Under the pieces are notes generated by a model. That model ran no database searches and had not been told where the DNA came from. It was given only the letters and a program-made list of their open reading frames with translations. Both the position numbers and the translations under genes were made by a program. A stretch of DNA of 64,000 nucleotides from positions 759,949 through 823,948 of the forward strand of contig OZ287698.1 of the NCBI GenBank assembly GCA_965649825.1, written 5' to 3'. Below, piece after piece: positions 36,683 through 50,500 of the stretch (position 1 is its first letter; every line of letters starts with the position of its first letter). This DNA is from Penicillus capitatus (lineage: Eukaryota > Plantae > Chlorophyta).

Positions 36683-38481
36683 TTTTTCGCTTGATTGCTT
36701 TTACAACTCCCTTTTTTAGAAAGATCGGCAGTGCGACTGTACAACATGAGGGTTTGTAAGATCAATGTTCAGGATCATAAACTAGACAATGACGTTAAGT
36801 CTCGATGTTAATATTGGTCCCCCATTGGCGGCTCTCAGTGTTCCATTTCCTCGCGATGGTTTCCACGAACTCTGAGAGTTCCTTAGCGTGATCAAATATT
36901 CTGGTGAGTGTAAGGGTCCCTCAAGTTGCTGCATCAGTGTCCGTCTTGATGTCCCAAACCGCGGGTACTCGAACAGCAGATGGTCTCGGTCTTCTTGGGA
37001 GTGTCCGCACTCACAGTGTGGAGCTGTCTCCGAGATGCCAAAGCGCTTCATATACTGTCTGCTTGGAAAGTGGTTGGCTGCGAACTGACTGAGGCGTGAG
37101 GCTCGAGCTCGGTCGAGATACTTCCCGGGGAACCGACCTCGGTGGAAGTCCAACAGGTATTGGGTCAGGTGCTGGCTCTGTTCTCGCTGCTTGATCTCGC
37201 GTAGGGCTTCCTGATTGAGGTGGTTAGCGATGGTTCTCTTGACCCAGGCGCCAGATGGGGGATCCCCTTCGGTGTTCCCTCTCCTTCTGCTGCAGCCGTT
37301 GTCGCTCGTTTCTTTACTGCCATCCATGAGCTGAGACCCGGAGTCCAGTTTGTATTGGCCTAGAAGCAGGTGTACCCTGCGCACCGCCAGTCCAGAAGGA
37401 TTCTTTGTATTTCAACACAGACTTCGCTGACATTGCTCCAGCTTAAGGCGGTCACTCTCGAGCGTTTCGAGTCAAGGACAATGCCGAGAGTCTGCTTTTG
37501 TGAAGGCGGATGTGCTCGGGTGAGTATTCGGAGTTGATCAAGTCCATGGTAGAGACCGGTGAGGAACGATGTTTCTTCATCGGCCCAGCCTGGGTCCCAC
37601 CAGGTGTCACCGTGTTGATTGCTTCTCTGTGAGAGACTCTAGCTGGTTCCAAGTCGGTTTTTTGGTCGGTCTTTGTGTTTTGCTACCAGAAGTAGCCAGT
37701 CTGGTCTGTCTTCGTCTGGGGGTGGGTTTGTGCCAGAGATCCAGCCTAGGCAGTGCGGGGCAATCGGGCTCCAGGGCAGTACTTTTTGTGGGATGAGTTC
37801 CAATGGCCTCCGGGGTACTGAGCGGAGCCATCGCGTCCAGGCTATTCTTCTTTAACATTGGCCTGCCGAGAGTTCTGAGCGAGCTGAGGCGAATCGGACG
37901 CCATCCTTTTTGTGTCTTCTCTTGGAGTCGAAGTATAGTGCTTGCTGGATGGTTTGTTGAGTGGGCGGCCGGATCCCAGCCAGAGCATAGGCAGCCGGGT
38001 ATGATGTTGTTCGGAAGGACCCCGCCAGGAGCAGGCAGGCCTGCCTCATTACCTTCTCAATCGGAGCAAGTTTCCTGGTATTGTATGCAATGCTCTGCCA
38101 GACTTCTACCCCATGGTAGCCGGTTGGTTCGATCACCCCGATGATTAGTTTTACGACGGCTTCAGGGAGCATTCCTTTGAAGGGCCTGTCATTCTTCGAA
38201 TAAGCTCCAGCCGGGCACGGGCTTTTCTAGCAGCGCTGTGGACCTGAGGCTCCAGGAAAGAGTCTCGTCCATCCAAATACCGAGATAGAGTACTGCCTGT
38301 TTTTGGGGCAGTTGGTGCCCTCGGATGTAGAGGGGCCGGGGTCCGTGCGTTTCTTCCAGCTTGTAAATCTGATCTGGAAGCCCTTTTCTGGCGCAAAAAT
38401 GAGGCCTCTTTCCTGTGCTCAATCAGACAAGCCGTCCAGTGCTTTCTGCAGCTTTTGTTGAACCTCATTCTCAGTGGACGC
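36683..38481 (-). mobile_element. LINE family B, 3' portion, second unit
   Basis: Duplicate of 14631-16429; TSD at 36667-36682. Confidence 0.9.
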
Positions 38482-38580
38482 TGTCGTCAACGAGGTACGA
38501 GGAAGATCAGGAGTTACAAAAATCGTACAAACGGAGACATCATTCCCATCTAAATATGTCTTATTCGCAGTCAGATCACA
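38482..38580 (-). repeat. Gypsy 3' LTR, copy 3
   Basis: Same 99-mer as 16430-16528. Confidence 0.93.
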
Positions 38581-38610
38581 CGCTACCCTGCGCTGTAAAC
38601 TCCGACATGT

Positions 38611-39843
38611 TCATTTTCCAAATGAAATGAATGGCTGCGGCGAATCTATATGCATTCGAATTGTTTTTCCCTGATCACTGTCGCAAACTTCGCGAATGTG
38701 TGTTGAAACTCTCCTTGTAACTTCATACGGCCCCTGCCAAAACGGATCGAATTTCTTATCCAATGCTTCAACAGTCTCGTGATAGAAAACCCATACTTTC
38801 GATCCTACAGGGTAAAGAGATTCTTCTTTCTTCTGCTGTTCTGTCATCTTCCTTTTTGCTTCTTCGAAACTTTTCTGAATTTGCATGCGGGCGGTTCTTG
38901 ATTCTTCCTTCACTTCGCTCAGATCTTGTCCTTGTTGCCATACATCGTTGGGTGAGTATCGTGTGCCCTCGTGTGGCGTTTCGTCAATTGCTTCTACGCC
39001 TTCCGACAACACAGTCGTCCAGTTGAGTCTCTTCCCATCGGAAACCCTCATCCGTCGGATCCGGTCGATCAATGTCTGGTTGAAACGTTCTCGCAGACCG
39101 TTCGATTTGTGCGAATGCGCCGGGGCCATGACGAGATCGGTGTTCATTTGTGCCAGAAATCTCCCGAATGCACTAGATCGGAAATATGAGGCTGCGTCAC
39201 ACATTAGTCGCTTGATAGGACAGAATTCCTTCACGAAATCAGCGAGACATTTCACGGCCGTGGCATTGGTTGAACGGCAACACTTTCTTGCCATGCCAAA
39301 ACGACTCAGATGGTCCACGATAGTGAAGATATACCGGACATTGCCGGGGCCTCTTTCCAGTGGGCCAACAAAGTCACAACTCACGACGTCACGCACGTCA
39401 TTGATCCCTTCCATTCGTCCCGGGGCAGCCAGCTTCGGTCGCTTGAACTGCTGACAAGCGCGGCAATCCCTCACGTACTGGCGGATTTTCCTCCACTGCA
39501 CGTCACCTCCGATCTTCCTTATGCGCTGCTGTGTCTTTTGAACGGAGAAATGGCCGCGGTGGCCCCATTTCAGCAACTCGTCGTCCGACATCTCGGCTGC
39601 TGACTTGGACTTCGCCGATGCCACTTGATTGTGCCGCGAAACAAAAAGCTCTGGGAGACGGCTGAGAAAATCTGGCAAGATATTAGACTTGCCTGGAATG
39701 AACCTGATCTCTGGGTTGTGCTCAAGGATGATGTCAAGTCTTCGCTTGACGAAGTCGCTCGTGTTGTCAGCATTCATGAGGCTGCAGACCGCAGAGTTGT
39801 CGGAGAGGATTGCGACTCTTTGCCCGAGGGTGTATGGCCGGAA
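38611..39843 (-). CDS. Gypsy RNase H C-terminus plus integrase, copy 3
   Basis: Translation identical to 16559-17791 in the ORF track. Confidence 0.9.
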   Translation of the reverse strand, partial: FRPYTLGQRVAILSDNSAVCSLMNADNTSDFVKRRLDIILEHNPEIRFIPGKSNILPDFLSRLPELFVSRHNQVASAKSKSAAEMSDDELLKWGHRGHFSVQKTQQRIRKIGGDVQWRKIRQYVRDCRACQQFKRPKLAAPGRMEGINDVRDVVSCDFVGPLERGPGNVRYIFTIVDHLSRFGMARKCCRSTNATAVKCLADFVKEFCPIKRLMCDAASYFRSSAFGRFLAQMNTDLVMAPAHSHKSNGLRERFNQTLIDRIRRMRVSDGKRLNWTTVLSEGVEAIDETPHEGTRYSPNDVWQQGQDLSEVKEESRTARMQIQKSFEEAKRKMTEQQKKEESLYPVGSKVWVFYHETVEALDKKFDPFWQGPYEVTRRVSTHIREVCDSDQGKTIRMHIDSPQPFISFGK

Positions 39844-39858
39844 CTTCGTCAACCCCTT

Positions 39859-42800
39859 TTTTTATTAAGTTGGCGGTACTTACATCCCCTTTTAAAGTGA
39901 AACATCAGAGGAGAGGCCGAACGCATTGTTCATTGTTCATAATGACTCAAACTAGTTCATGTGGATTAACACCACCTTCTTCCTTGCGAGTTCCATTCTC
40001 TTGCGATGCTGTCCAGGAATGCCGCCAGCGAGCTCGGGGCATTCCAAAGAGAGTGAGATTGCCCTTCACTAGTTAACAGTTCTTGCTGGTAAGTCCTTCG
40101 GATGCCATCAAATCGGGTGCAGGAGTGGAGCAGGTGATCTCTGTCTTCGTCTCCTTGCCCACATTCGCAGGTTGCGTCTACCTCCATGAGGTTGAAGCGC
40201 TTAAGATACGCCTTTGACGGGAAGTGATTCGCCAGAAACTGGTTGACCCGAGAGGCGTTAATACGCTGCAGTCTTCTTGATGGGAAGTGGCCTTTGCCTG
40301 TTGTTGGCTGTAGATCCAGCACCGCTCTACCCTTGTCCGCAGTCGCCTGTTGTGCCTGTGCTAAGCTGTTTAGCGTGAAGCTGATGTGTCTTTTGCACCA
40401 GCCAAGGTCAGTGTAAGTGGCATGATCCAGTCTGGTCCGATCTTGAGACATGAGGAGCTCTGCTGTTCTTTTTGCTGCTTGATATGGGCTTCTTCCTGGG
40501 GCCCAGTTCTGCGTAAACCAGTTGACTTTGTTTCCTGCTCGTCTCCAGCTGATCCACCATTTTTGGATGTGATGCATATTCTCTGTCACGTTGAATGGAT
40601 TCGTGCGCTCTTTCTGATACCTCACTCTTCTAGTTATGATGCCGAGGGACTGCGGCCGATTCTCCGTTTGCCTTAGATCTGACAGGGAGAGTAAACCTTC
40701 CCTGATAGCCGAGAGCACCACTTCCTTTACTGTTTGATGCGGCGCCACGAGGACCCCTCTCCCTGAACGCTCTTCCGGTCCTGTGAGCTTCCAAATCACA
40801 AGTGACATTGTGCCAGAGGTGCAGGGCTGCTCCGTTTCTGCGATAGCCAAAATCCACGTTGGTCGTTGATCCTGATCTTCCTCATCAGCCTCTAAGGCCG
40901 CCAGCTGTTCCGGAGGGAAGCTGCATAACCATCTGTCTGGGAGGCGGATGTTCAGTCCATTTGGGAGACGTCGATGCCATTGTCGTGTGGTTATCTGCCT
41001 TCTATGGGACGCCAGACTTGTGCCTTCAGTGAAGAGGAAGTCCGAGAGCATCTCTGGGGTTTTTCCTTTGTCTCTGCGTAAGTGATCATACAGAACGCGG
41101 CGTCGAATCTCCATTTGTGCTGGGAGAAGGCCAGAGAGAGCAAAAACCGCTTCATAAGAGGTGGTTCTGAGGCAACCAGTGATGAGGAGACCAGCCTGTC
41201 TAATTGTTCGGTTGATAATGAGCAGGTGAGTAGCCGAGTCTTGGACTCTGCTGAGCACTTCCGCTCCATAGTATAGTGCTGGTTCCAGTGCTTTGGTCGT
41301 GAGTTGCCACATCGCTTCCGGGGCAAAGCCCCAGGTCTTCGCTGAGAGCTTCTTGATGAGCGACAGGCGATCCCTTGTGTGTTGCTGTACGTGTCGCAGA
41401 TGGGGTTTCCAGGACAGGCGTTTATCTAGTATGGTGCCGAGATAACGGCAACTCTTCACCGTTTGCAGCTTAGTCGATCCTATGTGAGAGGTAGCATGCT
41501 TGACCTCCGAGTCTTGTGAAACCTGATGGCGAGGCATTTCGTCTCTGAAAACTGCATCCCTGCCTCCTGACTCCAACTGACCAGGTCGTCCAGTGCCTTT
41601 TGTGCCTTGATCTGGGCCGACTCCTCGGTGTCAGCTCGGCACAACAATAAAATGTCGTCCGCGTACGCCTGAATATGAACTCCAGGTTCCTTCGGGATCT
41701 GTAAAGCTGCATTAACTCCGAAGATAAACAAGAGGGGGCTGAGTGGCGAGCCCTGCGGGACACCAGCTGTAGTTTCTGAAGGATAACTTTGTCCATCGAT
41801 TTGTAAAGCCGCCGTTCGTTGCTTCAAGAAATTTTGACACCACCGTCGCAAGTATGTCGGGGCTTCCATTCGATTAAGGGAGTCGACTAGATAGGGTCTA
41901 GAGATGGAGTCAAAAGCCGCCTTCAGGTCAAGAGTGACCCCATAAACGACCAGCCCTTTTTGGGTGTGTTCTTCTATCCAGTCTGTTGCCTTCAAAAGAG
42001 CATCTGTTGTACTTCGGTTGGGTCGGAATCCAAATTGATTATCATCGAGCACATTGGAGCTCTCTGCCCAGAACTTCAAGCGATTTGCCACCAGCTTCTC
42101 CATGCCTTTCGCCATACTGTTCAAGAGACTGATTGGTCGTAATTTGGAGACTTCGTTGCCGGGGTTGACTCCTTTATGCAGTGCAACGACTTGGGAATGC
42201 TTCCATTTGCTTGGGCAAAGATGCAGTCTTAGACAGGCAGTGGCCATTTCTTTAAGGTGCGGTCCCAGGTGAATCATGTTGCGCCTGAGCATCGCTGTGG
42301 GAATCCCGTCGGGCCCAGGGGCCGCTAACGGTCGACCGCTACAGAAGGCTTTTTGAGCTTCTAGCTCCGAGACAGCTGGGAGAGGGACGATGTCCTCACT
42401 ATCTGGGCCTGTAACTCTGTCTTCACCATCTTGGAGTCGAGCGTTTGACGAAGGGAAGAATTTGTCTTGCAATGTAGTGGCAATGTCTGACGGATCTTCG
42501 AGCAGAGTGCCATTTTGATCGACTACGAAGTCAAGTGCAGGGCGGGTCTGAGCTTTGGATACTCTTTTGAATGTTTGCCAGAGATCTGATTGGGTTTCCG
42601 AGTTCGATTCCAGAAAATTCCTCCATGCAGTTTGTTTGGCCTTCTTAATTCCACTCTTGAGCTTGGCTTTTGCTGCCGTTACTGCTTCCTCCAAGAGGTC
42701 TGGTACTCCACCATATCGTCGCTTGTGATTCTCACGTCTGCGGAGAGCTCGTTTGAGTGCTCTGTGGTAACCTGACAGTTCGTCAGTCCACCAATGCTTC

Positions 42801-45277
42801 CTAGGTTTCCTCGCCCCTGAGCGAGGAACATAAGGCCGAGCCGCTTCCTGCATGAGAGTCGTCAAAGCCACTGTCTGTGTCTCTAAGTCCTCTTTTGTGT
42901 TAAGGGTTGCCCACATACTTGAGCAAGGGAAGCCTGCCATCGCTTCGTCCAACGCTTCAGATATGGCGGGCCAGTCTGCTTTCCGCCAATTGGGTCTTGA
43001 CTTTTCTCTAGGAAGGGTGGCATTGTGCCATAGCTTCGTTTCCACAATACGATGGTCCGAGAGCGAGGTAAGATCTTCCCGGACTGACCAGGTGATCTTA
43101 TCAACCAGGCCCGACGAGCAAAAGGTGAGATCGATCCAGCTTTGCCCCTGCGAAGAGGCAAAAGTTGGTGGGCATGGGAACCGGTTTAGGATCGTCATCT
43201 GATAATCGTCACAGAGATCCAGTATGGCCTCTGCTTTGTTGGTTTCCGGTTCATCCTCTGGGCCCCAATGCGGGTGCCGGGAATTGAAATCGCCAGCGAC
43301 AATCCACTCTTGTTTGTTGATGGACACATCATATTTCTTGAGCAGAATCGAGGAGAGGGCCTCAAAACTCCTCCCTGTGTTCGGTTGAATGTATACTGAT
43401 AGAAAAAACCAATCCTTCTGTCCTGAGTGGAAGACTGCGCCCGCAAGTCTGGCGTTCGATGAGTAGACAATCTTGAACTCCAAGTGTGCTTTAATGAGAA
43501 GAAGAGCCAAGACTTCTTCTTCTGTTTGGATCTGTGGACGCACGGAGACATAGCCGGGTGGGGCCCAACCTCTTCTTAATATCCATGCTGGATCTGACAC
43601 GCTCACTATGTCGACCGCGACCTCCGTGAGGTATTTTGAAAGCATGTCTAGGGACTGTTGCGAGCCATGCATGTTGATCTGCCAGTGCGTCCACTTTGGA
43701 GGGAATTCAGATTGATCACTGTGCTGGTAATCACGAGAAGGGGCCATGTCGGTGGACGAGGAACGGCTCATTGCGCTCGGGCCGCTTGTCTGCGGCCGGG
43801 CAACGAGTCCTCGAAACGGCGCACTTCCTTGATCTGGTAATCGAAGCGAAGCGCGCTTCCATCCGCGTCTATCTTTGCTGCCAAGTCTGCTGACAGCCAA
43901 ATCTTTAGTGTTTGACTAGGTATGCGGGTGGAGGGGTCCTCTGAGTTCGGATCCCTGCGGGAAAGGCGGCGGTCTACAATCAGATGTTGCGCTGGATCTG
44001 TGATGTCAGCGAGTTGCCAACGCTGCTTATTTTGGTCCCAGATCTGTTCTGTCACTTGCTCCATGTCCCAGTTTTGGTGAACGCGGGTGATTACAGCTGG
44101 AATCATGCCCGCTCGTTCACAGACCTTGGGATCCTTCACTAAGGTGGCCCCGAGAGCCGGGAGATCAATGCGGTGTTCCGTGTCTCTTCTGTCTTTGATT
44201 CGCTTCTCGGCTAAACGGAAATGTGTCTGATAGATCTGTATGTAATAATTCCCCCGTCCATCGCGTCGAATATCCTCAATCGGCGAGCGCTCTGTCTTGG
44301 GCCATTTGATGCCTTCCAAGAAGGCTTTGCCGACAATGCCAACGCCATAGGTTGGCTCTTCTCTGTTTGAATTAAGCGAAAGGCCCGGTCATCGGCCCGG
44401 ATGGCTTTCCTCATGTCTCCAAATGCCTCCTTCCGTTTTCGAAGCATTTCTTCTCGGTGAGTGTCCGTGGGTACTTTTGGGGCATGCTTCTTGAGAGCAG
44501 TGGAGAGGGACCGGGATGCTACATCTCGGTATGAGAGTGGGCACCTTTGTGTGGGTGCCCGTGAGACGGGTGCCGCATCTGGATGAGATGCTGCTGCAAC
44601 GATCGGAACATCTGACGCTCTGCACTCTTTGTAACGGTCTAACATCAGGTCGCATCCACCAGCCAGGCCATTCAGCGTGCCCAGGGCCCCCGCTGCGACC
44701 TGCGTTAGGCTGTTTATATCGGAGACGGAAGGTTGGTGTCCGTCTGCGAGAAGACTCAACATCTTGAGTTGGCGCTGGAGCGCCTCCTTAGCTAATTTCA
44801 TGCCCGCTAGGATCTCCCCTGACCAGCTCCCAAAGGAGTAATAAGGGGTTGCTTTCTGGGGCTCTTGGGGGCTCTCTGCGGGGTCCTCTGATGCCGTGGA
44901 GTCTTCTTCCATGGCGTTGTCCATCTCCGCTTCCCATGCTTGATCGCTGGCAAGATGGTGGCGGAGGTACTGGTCAAGGGTTTTGAGGAGTTCGTTTCTG
45001 TCGAGGGACGACAGCTTGTCCTTTGCAACGGTCCAGCTGCGTTGATGCACGGCTGAGGCAGCCGCTTGTAGTGCCTGGAGTGGAACGCGGCGGAGTAGGT
45101 TAGCGTGCGACCTGACGTAACCTCGGAAAGCCGGACTGTGCACGGCACGCTGACCTAGCCCTTCGGCGAAGTCTTCCACCGCCTTAGACAAGGTGTTTCC
45201 AACATCGGGAGGTTTGTTTCGGCCTTTTCCGACAGGCGCGCTCAGACGCATCGAAGGTGGAGGTTCCATCAAAAAAT
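39859..45277 (-). mobile_element. LINE family A, second unit (ORF2 39966-43771, ORF1 43768-45269)
   Basis: Duplicate of 17807-23225 with the same TSD (39844-39858, 45278-45292) and the same frameshifts. Confidence 0.96.
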
Positions 45278-48147
45278 CTTCGTCAACCCCTTGACTATTG
45301 CTTCGACTTCCAAACGATTGGATTTCCAGTGTCTTTGCTCGGTTCTCCATGTCCCTGACGCGCAACAGATGATGCCACATCCTTTCTGCAGGAGCACCGC
45401 TCCGCATCCCACAGTCGACGCATCTACGCCGATCATGAACTCCTTGTGTTCTCTGGGATGCATGATGGACGTTGCATGCTTCTCCAGGCATGCAAGGAAC
45501 GCTTCCCAATCTGCTGGCGAGTTTGACTGCTGGGCCACATCGAGAGCGCTTACTGTCTTCTCGCCGTTCGCCACAAAACGCGTAAGCTGATTGAGCCAAC
45601 CCTTGACTTGCCTCCATTCTTTGGTGGATGATGGCGGCGATATGTGTCGAAGCTTCCCGAAGACCTCTGTCTCCGGCCTCCATCCATCGCCATTGAGCCT
45701 CATACCCAAAAGGTAAACTCCTGCTGAAGGAAGACGCACTTCGATTTCTTGAGTCGCCATCCATCGTGCATCAGCTCGGAGAGTATTGTGGCCAGATCTC
45801 GAAGATGCTCCTCATGCGATTGAGACAATAGGAGCAAATCATCCGCATACGAGATTAGCTGCGAAGAGATCCTTCCTCTGACTTTCGACAGCGTCTTGAA
45901 AAGTGCTCGTTGAAACTCGTAGCCTGAATTGCAGTAACCGAACGGAAGGGTATTGTAACGGTAGAAACGCCCTCTGAGAGAGAAGCCTATCTCGATACCC
46001 TTTCCGAGTGGCACGTGATGGAATGCCTGGCAGATATCGAGCGACGATCCAACTGTGAATCTCTGTACGCCAGAAATGCAGTGCTCCCGGTTCTGTGCGA
46101 TAAAATGTTCCTTCTGGATGTAGGTGTTGAACTCTCGAAAGTCCAGCACGGGCCTTCGTTCTTCGCCTTCCTTCTTAGGTACGGTAAAGATCGGCACGAG
46201 GTGCGGTTCTTCCGCGGTCTCAGAGATGACCCCATCTCGGATCATCTGATCCACATGAGGCCATATGGCCGCTTCTTCTGCATGACTCAGAGAGCGGATC
46301 TTCTGCTTTCAGAGGGTAACTCCCTTCCTAATTGGAAGTTTTTCGACGCAATAACCGCGGCAGCGGCCGGGACTGTTGCTAAAAACCTCATCGAATTCTT
46401 GTATGACATCGCCAATTTCGATCTGGATATTTCTGCAAGGTATGGCCGACTTTTGCAGCTTGATCTTCGTCCTTCCGACGTCCGGGACTATCATCTCTTC
46501 CGCATCCGATAACACTGCGCACAGATCCATCTTTGGAGTCAGGACCATCGGCTGATCCGATAGGTTCTCTACCACACCCCAAATCCTTACACCGTCGGTC
46601 TTCACGTGGAAGCGGATTTTTTGCAGGTGCAGTCAAAAACCTGTTTGATCCCAGCTTGAAATTCTAGTTGCAGCTGTATTCCGCGAGTTTCGTTGGCTCT
46701 AAGTACCCAGTTTCTGTTTAATGGAAGGACGATCATTCCGTTGCGCATGTACGGCCTCTATGGCAGATTCTCTGACAATTTTAGGCCCAGTGGATAGTCA
46801 GATGCTCCACCGAGCCATGGCCGTTTTTTCCCATCCGCGCCGACGATGCGTAACTCCTGACACTGAACGGAAGGTCCCGTATCTCTGAGGAGGGTCTTCC
46901 GTGCGCAGTCGACCGTGAACTGATGTTCTTGGAGGAATGGGAATCCCAATATCAGGGTGGGACCTTTACCTCCGATGCAGAACGCTCTCACCTTGAAGCA
47001 TTCGCCATTGATGGACAACATGAGTTCGATGCTGCCTATCACACGTTCCACGACGCCGTTCGCGTAAACGACTTCTCGATCTGAGGTCTGTAGACGATCT
47101 TGTAATCCCAGGCGTTTCAGCACTCCGTGCCGCAGGAAACACGCGCTTGTACCCGTATCGATGAGGGCGTCGGTCTTTGTCCCCGAGATCCGCACGGGGA
47201 TGTGCATGGACGGCTTCTTCGAGGGCAGTATCCGTCCGCACGTCAACAATGGGTCTTGGACGCCAGTATCCATGACTACCTGGAGGCCTTCGCGGTCACC
47301 ATCGTTGCTTTCAATCTGGTTGGCCGTTCGCTTGGACCCGCGATATTTGTTCAAGAAACGAAGGGATTCCTGTCGGTAGCGTTCCTCACGCATCATCGTC
47401 TTCCACGCAACCATCACCGCATTCTTGCTGGCGATCTCTTCAAAATTGAGCTGTCCATCTCTGAGAACCTGACTCCTCAGGCTCGATGCATTTTCGACTC
47501 GACACTCGTCCGTCGTCTGGGAGCTGTAGATGGAGTTGACATAGTCAACGTCCATGTAGTCGTCGACGTCCTCCTTGCTGAAGGTATCCTCTGATGCCAG
47601 TCTCATCCAATCCAACCAGTTTCTCACTCTTGCTTCGAGCTTGTCCAGGTCGGCGTTCGAAAACTTCGTTCCGCGCATCTGTCTCTGGATCTCTTTGGGC
47701 AGCTTGCGGAATAAGATGTGCGTCGCTCGAGTCCCAGTAACCTTCGCCGACTTAGTGTAATTGTCGGCAATTCGACGGAACCGTAAAACGAAGTCCAACA
47801 GGTTCTCCGTCTTTTCCTTCTTCAACCTTCGGAGGCGTTCATCTGGCGAGAGTGTCGACTCAGCTGGAAGGAGGTTCTCAAGTTCCGCTACGATGGCTGC
47901 CCATCGTATACGAGAGTCGTCCCATTCAGCGAAAAACGCGTCTTTACGTCGTTCAACTCCATTGTCTGAACTCGGGCGACGCTAGCGACTACTGCTTGGC
48001 CGCCGGGAGCATGCTTGTCGATGTGACTGAGTAACAACCAGATGCGTGCCTGCCCCGGGTTCTCACATGTCGTCACGAACGGGATGAGCCATTCTAATAG
48101 TTCTCTCGTCCACTTGCCGTAGGTCTTTTGCGCGAGCTCCGAAACCA

Positions 48148-48246
48148 TGTCGTCAGCGAGGTACGAGGAAGATCAGGAGTTACAAAAATCGTACAAACGG
48201 AGACATCATTCCCATCTAAATATGTCTTTTTCGCAGTCAGATCACA
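48148..48246 (-). repeat. Gypsy 5' LTR, copy 3
   Basis: Same 99-mer as 26096-26194. Confidence 0.93.
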
Positions 48247-49413
48247 ACGCCGACCCGAGGACCAAGATATCATCCGCGTATGGTTCCACATGGACTTCTG
48301 GGATATCAATTAGGTCCAGGAGCGGGTTGATGCCAACGATGAAGAGTAAAGGTGAAAGCGGACTGCCTTGAGGGGTGCCAATCTGCAGGCGGTGCCTGGA
48401 GCTTTCGCCTCCAATCTCCAGGCAAGCTTCTTTGTTCTGGAAAAGCTCTGTACCCATCTTAGAAGATATGATGGGGCTCTTAATTGCTCCAATGAGTCCA
48501 GAACTGCGCTGGGACGTAGGGAGTCGAAGGCTGCCTTAACATCAAGTGTGATCCCATATGTGACCATGTGATTTCCCAGACTGCGCTCTATAAAGTACAC
48601 CGCCGATACCAGCGCTTCTGAGGTTCCTTGACCCACCCGGACTCCGAATTGTCTGTTGGACAGTCCCTGATGAGTCTCGACAAAGTGGACCAGCCTCTGT
48701 GCGACGATCTGGTGGACTCCTTGGGCTATGGTTCCGAGGAGACTGATAGGGCGCAGAAGGGCCAGGGAGTTCCTTGAATTCGGCTTCTTTGGTACACAGA
48801 CTACTTGGGAACGTTGCCAGTTGCTCGGGAGAAAGCCCAATTGAAGGCTTCGGGTGGCGAGAGCCGCGAAGACCTCTGGGATTCTGCGGAACGCACGAGA
48901 GATGAGCGCCTTTGGCAAACCATCGGGGCCAGGGGCCGCGAAGGGTCTTCCTCCACTAAAGGATTTTCCGGCTTCCGCTACCGATACTGGCGGCGGGGGC
49001 TCTCCTATGTCGTAGTGTCTATTTTGTTCATCCGCTTGGCTTGAGGGGAAGAATTTCCGGAACAGGCGGTCGCTGATCTCGTCTGGATCTTCTACCACCT
49101 CTCCATCTCCGGTGGTGATGAATGCGATATTCTGGGCTTTGGATGGCTTGGTGATCCTCTTGTAAGTGGCCCAGAGATCCGACGTGCTTCCACTGTTTTC
49201 CACGAGGAATTCTCTCCAGGCGGCTCGCTTCCTGTTACGGATGACTGCTTGGAGGTTTTTCCGAGCTTCGGCGATGTCTTCCTGAAGACTCTCCGGGAGA
49301 TGTCCATAAGACCTGCAGTACCTTTCCCCACGTCTCTTGGCCCGCTTCAGAGCTGTGTGCGCTTGCTGTGCGTCTTCGTTCCACCAGTGTTTCCTTCTGG
49401 ATGATGGACGGGC
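48247..49413 (-). mobile_element. LINE family B, 5' portion, second unit
   Basis: Duplicate of 26195-27361; TSD at 49414-49429. Confidence 0.92.
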
Positions 49414-50500
49414 TTTTGATTGGCATCTCGTCTTTCCTGTGATAGCGTGAGAAGCCGATCAGATTCAGGAAACACGTTTATCGATGCGCGACAAGATTCC
49501 GCTGCAAAACGCGACTTGAGCGTCCTTCCATCTCTCTTGTCGTCGATATCAAGATTAATGATCATCATCACTTGCTTCTCTCCCACGTGACGATACATAT
49601 TCCCGTCAAATCAGCGTGGTCGAGAAAAGCGTATCAAATCTGAGGCACACAGGCCGAGAATCGACTGCCACGTGTGTTCACGATGCCCACGAATGCGGAC
49701 GAACTTGGGCGATACCCGTTGAAGAAACGGACAGTTCCGAGGCAGGGAGCACACAGCTTTGGTGCTTCAATTGGTTTTAGAGCAAACTTCATTGACAGTA
49801 GCGATTGTATCGGCCTTCGGGTCGGCGAAGAGAGTTCGAATTTACCAGTTTCGCCTGCGCTTTAAGCGGACAAGTTTACCGACATGAAAAATCGACACGT
49901 GTCCCCAGTCACATCATTCCAATCAGTATGCTAGGTCATCTGATCCAACAGCAGATAGGTTCGTCCTCTTCCTTCACCCATCGTTCACGGGCTTGTTATC
50001 TTTGGATTTCTCATTCGGTGCCTTCTTGTTGTCTTTTCTGTCGAAGCCAAGAAAAACGGATCCAAATGGACGGAACCATCTTCCATGCGCCCTACTTTAC
50101 GGAGATGCCTGCTCCGCCTCCCGAGGTCGCCAGGAACGAGCGAAACAGCGGCGAATTCACGTCGTAAATCATAATTCCCTTTCGGCGCAAGTGTCAGCTT
50201 CCTTCGGTCTATGACAAATGTGACGGCAGAATCGGCGCGGAATGTCAATTGGGCTTAAATGCCGAGCAGTTATTGCATGAGCGAAAAGATCGATTTTCCT
50301 TTCGCGCGATGACCATCGGACACTGCTAGAGCATCATAGTGTCTGCGGTTATACTATTGACTCAACCCAAACGTGCCTTGAGCCCTACGGATTACGCGTC
50401 TGCAACCTTTTCGTCGGCGACCTGTCACTTAAGCGCCACGTCTGCTTTACGTTTGAAACCGGTTTGGTCCTTTGCTGCGACAATGCAGCCAGTCGTCTCT

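Larger units (their letters stand above)
38482..48246 (-). mobile_element. Ty3/Gypsy element, copy 3 (interrupted by LINE A)
   Basis: Duplicate of 16430-26194. LTRs at 38482-38580 and 48148-48246, flanked by ACGC. Confidence 0.96.

Noticed and set aside
4044-48246. Five dispersed 99-bp repeats as a CRISPR-like or SINE-like system
   Set aside because: They have TG..CA ends, an adjacent PBS and a flanking TSD, and they bound gag-pol, so they are LTRs. No spacers or cas genes are present.
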